NCBI GenBank assembly: GCA_028686735.1
Contig: JAQUBO010000002.1
Location: 1 to 54,169 of the forward strand
Origin: Bacteroidales bacterium
GTDB lineage: Bacteria > Bacteroidota > Bacteroidia > Bacteroidales > ML635J-15
Reading direction: 5' to 3'
DNA: 54,169 nucleotides
Position 1 is the stretch's first letter. The number at the start of each line of letters is the position of its first letter. The notes under the pieces are model-generated. The model worked only from the letters and a program-made list of their open reading frames with translations. It searched no databases and was not told the DNA's origin. Below, piece by piece: positions 18,473-26,293 of this stretch. The translations under genes and the position numbers were made by a program.

Positions 18473-19463
18473 TCTCAGACATTTTGATGATTACTTCTGC
18501 AATTGCTTCAGCCATTTTTGGTGGTACAGAATTACCCACTTGTTGTTGTTGTGATATTTTGGAACCTTTAAACACAAAATCATCAGGATACGATTGAAGT
18601 TTTGCTAATTCTCTTACTGTTAAAGCTCTATTTTGCTCATAATGAAATATTTTTCGCATATCACCTGTAACACAAACCGAAGGTTCATCACTTTTATAGC
18701 GAATATATTTTCTTGTGTCTCCTGATTTTGGTCTTAAATCCACTGGTATTTCTTCTCTGCATCCTCCATCTTTTACATATTTCATCTTTTCTAGCATTTG
18801 GTTCGAATGATTCATTGCTATATGGTTCGGAATTGTAGATTCTTCTCCTGATTCAAGTGGAGGAAAACAGTCAAGAACCTCTTTAACAGTCAAATACTTT
18901 CTCACAGTATTTGTTGGAAAGATTATGTTTTGATTTTGATTTGTGCCAATAAATATTACTCTCTTTCTAACTTGTGGTACACCAAAATCTGCTGAATTAA
19001 GAATTTTGCATTCAACTTTATAACCAATTTCTTGAAAATCCTTTATGATTTCATTTCTTGTTTCTCCTTTATTATGATTATAAAGTCTAGCAACATTTTC
19101 CATTACAAAAAACTTTGGTTGAACAAGCTTTACAACTCTTACGAATTCTTTAAATAATTTGTTTCTAGGGTCATCAATAAACTTTCTTCCAATATTTCCA
19201 GCCATACTAAACCCCTGACATGGTGGTCCACCTATTACAACATCAATTTCATCAAATTCTTTAAGATATGAGATTTCAGAATCAGACAAGTTGCAAATAT
19301 CTTTTTCAATCAGTTGGTGTTTTGGGAAATTGTATTTATAAGTCTTGCAAAAACTTGGTTCAATATCTATGGAAAAAACATTTTGAAATCCTTTATTGTC
19401 AAATCCTAATGAAAAACCACCAGAGCCAGAAAATAAGTCAATATATTTTAATTTGTTTTTCAT
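18465..19463 (-). CDS. DNA cytosine-5 methyltransferase
   Basis: 332 aa. Motif I IDLFSGSGGFSLGF, motif IV GGPPCQGFS, motif VI MENV and motif X QQVGNSVPP. Confidence 0.95.
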   Translation of the reverse strand: MKNKLKYIDLFSGSGGFSLGFDNKGFQNVFSIDIEPSFCKTYKYNFPKHQLIEKDICNLSDSEISYLKEFDEIDVVIGGPPCQGFSMAGNIGRKFIDDPRNKLFKEFVRVVKLVQPKFFVMENVARLYNHNKGETRNEIIKDFQEIGYKVECKILNSADFGVPQVRKRVIFIGTNQNQNIIFPTNTVRKYLTVKEVLDCFPPLESGEESTIPNHIAMNHSNQMLEKMKYVKDGGCREEIPVDLRPKSGDTRKYIRYKSDEPSVCVTGDMRKIFHYEQNRALTVRELAKLQSYPDDFVFKGSKISQQQQVGNSVPPKMAEAIAEVIIKMSENV

Positions 19464-19783
19464 AGTTCTAATTCTCCTTGTTTCATGTTCTTATTCTTAA
19501 TGTAATTTGCTGTTTCTTCAGCTACAATGAAAATTTTATCTGAACATTTGTATTTAAATGCTTCATGAGCAAATTTGTCTGCAAAAAACAAGTCTATAAT
19601 CTTTTGGGGTTCAATTTGAAATAGTTCGGACAATTTTTTTAATTTAGATTTACTAAATTTTTGACTTCCGTTCTCAATACGACTTATAGCACTTGTATTG
19701 ATGCCAATTTTTGCACCAAACTCTGTTTGTGTCCATTCTCGTTTTTCCCTTTCTGTTTTTATATCAAGTTGGGTGCTAAATAT
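19460..19783 (-). CDS. XRE-family helix-turn-helix protein (controller-like), lacking any canonical start codon
   Basis: This ORF is not in the supplied ORF track. Hand translation after the TGA at 19784..19786 gives IFSTQLDIKTEREKREWTQTEFGAKIGINTSAISRIENGSQKFSKSKLKKLSELFQIEPQKIIDLFFADKFAHEAFKYKCSDKIFIVAEETANYIKNKNMKQGELEL. The Q.EF..K.G...S.IS..ENG signature is present. Its stop TGA (19460..19462) overlaps the m5C MTase ATG (ATGA). There is no in-frame ATG, GTG or TTG upstream of the HTH. Confidence 0.6.
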   Translation of the reverse strand: MFSTQLDIKTEREKREWTQTEFGAKIGINTSAISRIENGSQKFSKSKLKKLSELFQIEPQKIIDLFFADKFAHEAFKYKCSDKIFIVAEETANYIKNKNMKQGELEL

Positions 19784-19970
19784 TCAGTCGGCTTTTAGTA
19801 TGTGTGGTAGCTATGGCCTTGTGTGATTAAAACCATATAATTTTATTAAAGACAAGAACCAAAACTACTGCATCGGCTAAATTCAAAATAATACAAACAA
19901 CATACTTTGGCTCTAGTTTTTGTAAGAGTTGAGATGTTTTAGGCACAGCGTTTTTTAACTACTAAACTCT

Positions 19971-20606
19971 TTAGTTTAAGTTCTTAAGTGTATCAATTTT
20001 ATCTACAAAAAATGCTTTTACTTGTTCAATATCAAACTCTACCGCATCTAGAACATAAGGTTGTTTACCATATTTAAACATTAGCATATCTCCTTCAACT
20101 TTTTTTCGTTGCAGAATAATATCTTCAGGAGCATTTATAAATTTAATTACTGATTTATCACAAAAAAAATTCTTTATTCCATCCGCGTCCATCACTATAG
20201 CTGCATCAGAAACATACGAAATTTTATCATTAAGTATATCAAGGTATCTTACTGGATACTGATCTTGCATTGCGACAATTTCTAAACTATCTGGCCAAAG
20301 AAATATCACACAATTCTCATTTATAACCATTGTATCACTCTGTTGAACATAAGAAACTACAAGGGGATCTGAGTAATATTCATCAACAGGAATTGAGTCA
20401 CTTATTTCACTTTTATTATCCTCAATATATACTTTATATACATCTGTATCTTGAGAAACAGTATCTTTTTTATCAACAATTGTATCAGTCTGTTGACCAG
20501 TCTTATTATCCGAAACAGAATTTTGAATACAAGCACCCAACATGCTGACTATCAATATCATTAAAAAAACAACTCTCATGGTTAAATTATCTCTAATACG
20601 ATACAA
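19971..20606 (-). CDS. Hypothetical lipoprotein
   Basis: 211 aa. A lipobox-like MRVVFLMILIVSMLGAC suggests that the real start is Met10 (ATG near 20579). No recognisable catalytic motif. Confidence 0.5.
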   Translation of the reverse strand: MYRIRDNLTMRVVFLMILIVSMLGACIQNSVSDNKTGQQTDTIVDKKDTVSQDTDVYKVYIEDNKSEISDSIPVDEYYSDPLVVSYVQQSDTMVINENCVIFLWPDSLEIVAMQDQYPVRYLDILNDKISYVSDAAIVMDADGIKNFFCDKSVIKFINAPEDIILQRKKVEGDMLMFKYGKQPYVLDAVEFDIEQVKAFFVDKIDTLKNLN

Positions 20607-20915
20607 AAGTAATACATTTACTCACACATCAACAAATGATTTTACATATTATTAAAAAAAAACAGTGTTTGATAGCATATACATAAAACTTTTGACCAAA
20701 ACTTTTCTTATAAAGGAATATTTTTTATAAATTTGTTGCTAATTATACAGTAGTTCGATGGACGAATTTAGAATCGTTAATATATTAGCAAATTTTGTCT
20801 TTTTAAACATTAAGAAGCGAGATTCTTTTTATTCGTAAATTTCTATAATCTTACAGAGCATCCCTGCTCAATAATAATCGAATTTATTAAATCACAATAA
20901 AAAAAATTAAATATT

Positions 20916-22292
20916 ATGGAATTACCATTTTCAGAATCGTATAGAATTAAAACAACAGAGGCACTTAAAAGAAGTACTAAAGAAGAAAGAGCTGCTTGGA
21001 TTAAAGAAGCTCAATACAATTTATTTAAATTAAAAAGCGATGCCGTCTTTATAGATATGTTAACCGACAGTGGTACTGGAGCGATGAGTAATCGTCAGTG
21101 GGCAGCGATAATGACTGGAGATGAGTCTTACGCTGGAGCAAGTAGTTTTCACGAGCTAAAAGATACAGTAAAAAGTATAATGGGCTTTGATTATTTTCTC
21201 CCTACGCATCAAGGTAGAGCTGCAGAAAATGTATTGTTTTCTGTTTTAGTAAAGGAAGGCAATATCGTACCAGGAAACTCACACTTTGATACTACAAAAG
21301 GACATATAGAACATCGTAAAGCAAAAGCAGTAGATTGTACAATTGATGAGGCTTTTGACACTACAATTGATCACCCTTTTAAAGGTAATCTTGATTTAGA
21401 AAAATTAGAAAAAGTTTATAAAGACTACCCAAAAGAGCAAATCCCATGCTGTATTGTAACTGTTACCTGCAACTCTTCAGGAGGGCAACCTGTTTCAATT
21501 CAGAACATGAAAGATGTTTATGCTTTAAGTAAAAAATACGATATTCCAGTATTATATGACTCTGCTCGTTTTGCGGAAAACGCATACTTTATCAAACTTC
21601 GCGAAGAGCCATATAAAGATTGGTCAATTAAAGAGATTGTTGCTGAAATGTATCAATATGCTGACTATGCAACAATGAGTGCAAAAAAAGACGGTGTCGT
21701 TAACATTGGAGGCTTTATTGGTTTTAAAGATGAAGAAACCTATCGTCAAGCTTGCACATTTAGTATTTTGTTTGAGGGCTATGTAACTTATGGTGGCATG
21801 TCGGGACGTGATATGGCTGCACTTGCAGTTGGACTAGATGAGAACACTGAATTTGATTATCTCGAAACAAGAATAAAACAGGTTGAGTATTTAGGTAAAA
21901 AACTAATGGAGTACGGAGTCCCTATTCAATATCCTATTGGTGGTCATGCAATTTTTGTTGATGCAAATAAAGTTTTGCCAAATGTACCAAAAGAAGAATT
22001 TAGGGCACAAACTCTTGGTATCGAATTATATCTTGAAGGTGGCGTTAGAGGAGTTGAAATTGGAGCACTTTTAGCCGATAGAGACCCCGTTACACGCGAA
22101 AATAGATATCCAAAATTAGAGCTTTTAAGATTAGCTGTAGCTCGAAGAGTTTACACAGATAATCATATGGACTATATAGCTGCTGCACTTAAAAATGTGT
22201 ATGACCGTAGAAACGAAATAACTTCAGGTTTTAACATTACATGGGAAGCACCTATTATGAGACATTTTACTATTGAATTAGATAAAGCTTAA
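20916..22292 (+). CDS. tnaA: Tryptophanase (tryptophan indole-lyase; beta-eliminating PLP lyase)
   Basis: 458 aa. It is collinear with E. coli TnaA as I recall that sequence: FIDMLTDSGTGAMS, PTHQGRAAE, HFDTTKGH (tyrosine phenol-lyase has TTTRYH here), SARFAENAYFIK (identical to TnaA, whereas TPL has ATRCVENAYFIK), and the PLP-Lys region MSAKKDG. Confidence 0.9.
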   Translation: MELPFSESYRIKTTEALKRSTKEERAAWIKEAQYNLFKLKSDAVFIDMLTDSGTGAMSNRQWAAIMTGDESYAGASSFHELKDTVKSIMGFDYFLPTHQGRAAENVLFSVLVKEGNIVPGNSHFDTTKGHIEHRKAKAVDCTIDEAFDTTIDHPFKGNLDLEKLEKVYKDYPKEQIPCCIVTVTCNSSGGQPVSIQNMKDVYALSKKYDIPVLYDSARFAENAYFIKLREEPYKDWSIKEIVAEMYQYADYATMSAKKDGVVNIGGFIGFKDEETYRQACTFSILFEGYVTYGGMSGRDMAALAVGLDENTEFDYLETRIKQVEYLGKKLMEYGVPIQYPIGGHAIFVDANKVLPNVPKEEFRAQTLGIELYLEGGVRGVEIGALLADRDPVTRENRYPKLELLRLAVARRVYTDNHMDYIAAALKNVYDRRNEITSGFNITWEAPIMRHFTIELDKA

Positions 22293-22345
22293 TCCATATA
22301 ATTAGTGGCGAATAAATTAAGCCTAATAATGAGAAGAATTTAACA

Positions 22346-22377
22346 TAAAAAAAAAGCCTGCTTAGCAGGCTTTTTTA
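22346..22377. terminator. Bidirectional rho-independent terminator between convergent tnaA and sod
   Basis: The sequence is an A run, then AGCCTGC (22355..22361), loop TTA, GCAGGCT (22365..22371), then a T run. It is a perfect 7-8 bp GC-rich stem with U tracts on both strands. Confidence 0.7.
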
Positions 22378-22379
22378 TT

Positions 22380-22949
22380 TTACAATCTTTCTTCGATTTT
22401 CTTCCAGTCAACTAATTCCCAGAAGTTCTCAACATATTTTGGTCTTAGATTTTGATAATCTAAATAGTAAGCATGCTCCCAAACATCGCATGTTAAAAGC
22501 GGCTTGTGTCCTTCTGTTAGTGGAGAACCAGCATTTGAAGTTCCAGTAATTTTTAATTTGCCGTTATCAAGAACCAACCATGCCCAACCCGAGCCAAACA
22601 AAGTAGCAGCTTTTGTATTAAATTCTTCAACAAACTTCTCAAAAGATCCAAACGTTTGATTGATCATATCTGCAAGTTTGCCACTTGGTTTTTGCTGTGG
22701 AGTAGCAGAAAAACCTTCCCAATAAAACGTATGATTCCAAACTTGAGCAGCATTATTGAAAATCCCACCATCAGATGTTTTAATAATGTCTTCGAGAGAT
22801 TTTTTTGCGTAGTCGGTTCCCTCTATTAATCCATTAAGTTTTTTTACATAACCATTATGGTGCTTTGTATAATGGAACTCAACTGTTTGTGCACTAATGT
22901 GCGGCTCTAATGCATTCATTGCATAAGGTAATTTTGGTAATTCAATCAT
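22380..22949 (-). CDS. sodB: Superoxide dismutase, Fe-type signature
   Basis: 189 aa. LPYAMNALEPHIS, FHYTKHH, AAQVWNHTFYW (Fe-type Gln position) and DVWEHAYYLDYQN. Confidence 0.9.
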   Translation of the reverse strand: MIELPKLPYAMNALEPHISAQTVEFHYTKHHNGYVKKLNGLIEGTDYAKKSLEDIIKTSDGGIFNNAAQVWNHTFYWEGFSATPQQKPSGKLADMINQTFGSFEKFVEEFNTKAATLFGSGWAWLVLDNGKLKITGTSNAGSPLTEGHKPLLTCDVWEHAYYLDYQNLRPKYVENFWELVDWKKIEERL

Positions 22950-23109
22950 AAAATTTTATGTTTTAATAGTTAATAAATAATGTTTGTTAGATAAACAAGC
23001 AAAATACAAAAATGTTTAAACTTATCAAAAAATATATGGTAGATTCAACCAGCAAATGCAACTTTTTTATCTACAAAAATATAAAATATGGTTTACGCTC
23101 ATTTTATTA

Positions 23110-23381
23110 TTAACCCGCATTATTCATACGATTAGCTTTGTGTAGCTGGTAGGCGTCGAAACTTGCAGATATATCCTTATATTTATTCACATTTTTTATT
23201 ATATTTATAGGTGTTCAAGAGCTAAAGGTTCAAGGGTTTCGCAACGAAGCAGATGCACAAAGATAATTGTAAGCTTTCTCAAAATTTGACTAATAATAAA
23301 ACCACAAATACCTTGTCAAGCCCCTGACTAACAACTCATTATAAACCAACCAAGAATAATGCGATGAATAATGCGGGTTAA
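23110..23381 (+). mobile_element. MITE-like non-coding element, copy A (272 bp, 18-bp perfect terminal inverted repeats)
   Basis: It starts TTAACCCGCATTATTCAT and ends ATGAATAATGCGGGTTAA. It has no ORF. Its reverse complement aligns end to end with 48006..48276; the first ~76 nt of copy A are identical to the right end of copy B, and overall identity is about 90% by eye. The strand label is arbitrary. Confidence 0.8.
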
Positions 23382-23411
23382 GAGTCTTAATGTTTCGTCA
23401 TACCACACTCG

Positions 23412-24254
23412 CTATACCGTATCCATAAAGCCCTTTTCGACTTTGTTAAAAACTATAATTCCCACAAACAGCAAGATAATCATAAATACAAAACTATATC
23501 CAAGATAAATCCATGAGAAAACGCCTTGTCCTATTGCTCCGTATTTAAATGTTTCAATTATTGCTGTCATAGGATTTAGTGCAATTAACCATTGCTTATT
23601 CTCTGGTATTGAACTTAATGGATAAATTACTGGGGTAACATACATCCAGAGTTGAACTCCGAATTGTAAGAGAAAGTTTAAATCTCGATATTTTGTTGTT
23701 AAGGATGAGAATATTACTCCAAAACCGAGGCTCAAACCTGCTGCCATTATAACTAATAATGGGAGTAATAAAATATATATATTTGGTGTTACTATACCGT
23801 CAGTACTAAAATAATAATAAACATAAATGCCAGTAAATATGATAAATTGAATAAAAAACTTAACCAAATTTGAAATCGTAATCGAAATTGGCACAACTAA
23901 TCTCGGGAAGTAAACCTTACCAAATACATTTTGATTCTCAATAAAAATTTTTGAATTACGGGTAAGACAGTCAGCAAAATAATTCCATAAAATAATTCCT
24001 GAGAAATAAAATAAAGGTTGTGGAATTCCGTCTGTTGATAATCCTGCCAAATTACCAAATACGAACATAAACATAAGAGTTGTAAGTATTGGCTGAATTA
24101 CGAACCATAGAGGTCCCATAATTGTTTGCTTGTAAAAAGTAACAATATCGCGTTTAATATACATGTAAATTAAGTCTCGATATTCCCAAAGTTCTTTGAA
24201 GTTAAGTTCTAAAAGCGAAGATGTTGGTTTTATGTTATGTTCGTAATTTTCCAC
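23412..24254 (-). CDS. ABC-2 type polysaccharide/polyol-phosphate export permease (Wzm/TagG-like)
   Basis: 280 aa. Six hydrophobic segments and an N-terminal ELWEYRDLIYMYIKRDI..YKQT..G..W motif typical of ABC-2 exporters. It lies adjacent to a Wzt/TagH-like ATPase. Confidence 0.85.
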   Translation of the reverse strand: MENYEHNIKPTSSLLELNFKELWEYRDLIYMYIKRDIVTFYKQTIMGPLWFVIQPILTTLMFMFVFGNLAGLSTDGIPQPLFYFSGIILWNYFADCLTRNSKIFIENQNVFGKVYFPRLVVPISITISNLVKFFIQFIIFTGIYVYYYFSTDGIVTPNIYILLLPLLVIMAAGLSLGFGVIFSSLTTKYRDLNFLLQFGVQLWMYVTPVIYPLSSIPENKQWLIALNPMTAIIETFKYGAIGQGVFSWIYLGYSFVFMIILLFVGIIVFNKVEKGFMDTV

Positions 24255-24391
24255 TATTCTTAGTAATTATATTTTTCAATAGTATTTAATTTCACTGAAT
24301 TTCTCTATCATAAACATTATAACTCGAATTATCAGCATCTAATTTGTAATAAGCTGATAGTCTGAAGTTTAACAATAGATTTGCAAGTTTA

Positions 24392-25702
24392 TTATTCATA
24401 TTTTACATCAAAATCAACATAGAACTTCCCTTTATTGGGATATATAATTCTACCTGTGCCGTAATAGTCGCCTTGTTCCACATAAAATGAGCAAATATTT
24501 AATACAGCTTCTGTTAATTGTCCATTAAGAATTAAAAAAACATTTATTGTATAATTACCAGTATTTAATGGTAATTTGGGTACAATGAAAGAGACTTTAT
24601 TTTTGATTTGCACATTTTTTGGAGGTAATAATTTTGTGCTCAGTAAGATTAATCTATTGCCATAAATGTCGTCAATACCGCAACTGAGTTTAAGTTTAGA
24701 TAAGTCATCATTAAAGTGATTTTTAATATTGAAGTCTAAATGTAAATCTCCACCAGTAAATGGACTAAGTTTGGTATTATTATTTGCATAGATATTAATT
24801 TTTTCAATTTGCACTCTTCCACTACCTTTTCGCTCGTCAAAATTTAATTTATTATTATTAATTTCTTTTCCTAAAAGGTAGGTTTCAATTATTTGAGCAA
24901 CATCTCCATGTTTAGAAATCATCCCATTTTTCAATATAATACCTTTATTACAGAGGTTTTTCACAGATGCCATATTATGACTAACAAATAGCACCGTTCT
25001 ACCTAAATTGCTAGATACATCTTGCATTTTGCCAAGAGCTTTTTTTTGAAATTCGGCATCACCAACTGCAAGGACTTCATCCACCACCAGAATATCTGGT
25101 TCTAGATGTGCAGCAATCGAAAAACCAAGGCGTACTGCCATACCAGAAGAGTATCGCTTAACTGGAGTATCAATATATTTTTCTACACCAGCAAAATCAA
25201 TTATTTCGTCAAGCTTTTGAGTAATTTCGGCACGCGGCATTCCCATTATTGCTCCGTTCATGTAAATATTTTCACGCCCTGTCATTTCTGGATGAAAACC
25301 TGTCCCAACTTCTAATAGTGAGGCAATGCGCCCGTTATATTTTATGCTTCCCGTAGTAGGTTTTGTAACTCGCGAGAGTATTTTTAATAAGGTAGATTTT
25401 CCTGCACCATTTTTACCAATAATCCCAATAACATCTCCTTGGTTAACATCAAGATTAATATCTTTTAATGCCCAAACGTATTGAGATTCGAGTTTTTTCG
25501 CTACGCTCATGAGCTCGCCTGCGGCTCGGTTCGAGTTTCGGGTTGAGATTACATTTGTTTTTCCAACTGTCAAATATGGGTCTTCTTTTCCTCTAACACT
25601 GGTTGTCCACCAACGATTTAGATCGTGTTGCAGAGTGCCCGTTCCTACTAATCCGAGACGATATAATTTAGAGAGGTTTTCTATTTTTATTATAGGTTTC
25701 AT
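24392..25702 (-). CDS. Polysaccharide export ABC transporter ATP-binding protein (Wzt/TagH-like) with C-terminal extension
   Basis: 436 aa. Walker A GKNGAGKST, signature YSSGMAVRL, Walker B ILVVDE. A roughly 160-aa beta-rich C-terminal domain follows, as in Wzt glycan-binding modules. Confidence 0.85.
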   Translation of the reverse strand: MKPIIKIENLSKLYRLGLVGTGTLQHDLNRWWTTSVRGKEDPYLTVGKTNVISTRNSNRAAGELMSVAKKLESQYVWALKDINLDVNQGDVIGIIGKNGAGKSTLLKILSRVTKPTTGSIKYNGRIASLLEVGTGFHPEMTGRENIYMNGAIMGMPRAEITQKLDEIIDFAGVEKYIDTPVKRYSSGMAVRLGFSIAAHLEPDILVVDEVLAVGDAEFQKKALGKMQDVSSNLGRTVLFVSHNMASVKNLCNKGIILKNGMISKHGDVAQIIETYLLGKEINNNKLNFDERKGSGRVQIEKINIYANNNTKLSPFTGGDLHLDFNIKNHFNDDLSKLKLSCGIDDIYGNRLILLSTKLLPPKNVQIKNKVSFIVPKLPLNTGNYTINVFLILNGQLTEAVLNICSFYVEQGDYYGTGRIIYPNKGKFYVDFDVKYE

Positions 25703-25708
25703 TTGTTT

Positions 25709-26293
25709 CTACGGAAGTTTTCTTTTTTTTCTGGTCTTGGGTTCAATCAGTTTTTTTTGTTTTGCATAATCGCTCCATGATTTACAATTTGAATCTGATT
25801 TAAGTTTATCACGTTGATAATAGTGACATAATGCTGCTGCTAATCCATCTGTTGCATCTAATTGTTTGGGTATTTTCTCAAGTTTTAACAATTTTAGGAG
25901 CATCCCTGCAACTTGCTCTTTTGATGCTGTACCTGTTCCTGTAATTGCGAGCTTAATTTTACGAGGAGCATATTCGAATATTGGAATAGTTCGTGTAAGC
26001 CCTGCAGATATTGCAGCCCCTTGTGCCCGTCCAAGTTTTAACATTGATTGTACATTTTTTCCTTGAAAAGGAGCCTCTATTGCCATTTCATCAGGATTAA
26101 ACCCGTCAATTAGTTGTAAGGTTCTCTCGTAAATATGTTTTAATTTATTAAAATGACCATCCATTTTACGCATATCAATAATGCCATAACCAATCATCTC
26201 AACTGTCTTACCTTTTTCATGTATAACTCCATACCCCATGATGTTCGTCCCTGGGTCTATGCCTAATATTATTCGGTCTTTTGAACTTGTCAT
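25709..26293 (-). CDS. ruvC: Crossover junction endodeoxyribonuclease RuvC
   Basis: 194 aa. ILGIDPGTNIMGYGVI, EAPF and DATDGLAAALCH are RuvC catalytic-acid contexts. The C-terminal tail is Lys-rich. Confidence 0.9.
   Translation of the reverse strand: MTSSKDRIILGIDPGTNIMGYGVIHEKGKTVEMIGYGIIDMRKMDGHFNKLKHIYERTLQLIDGFNPDEMAIEAPFQGKNVQSMLKLGRAQGAAISAGLTRTIPIFEYAPRKIKLAITGTGTASKEQVAGMLLKLLKLEKIPKQLDATDGLAAALCHYYQRDKLKSDSNCKSWSDYAKQKKLIEPKTRKKRKLP

Noticed and set aside
19897-19935. Similarity between CAACAACATACTTTGG.. (19897 onward) and CAACGACATACTCTTTG.. (16304 onward), as a possible second flanking repeat of the RM cassette.
   Set aside because: The match is short and gapped. Its order relative to the other shared motif is inverted between the two flanks, which is inconsistent with simple direct repeats.
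20758-20838. TnaC-like regulatory leader peptide.
   Set aside because: It has no Trp codon and no similarity to TnaC, and no obvious Rho-utilisation or terminator structure follows it. It is retained only as a low-interest item to test.
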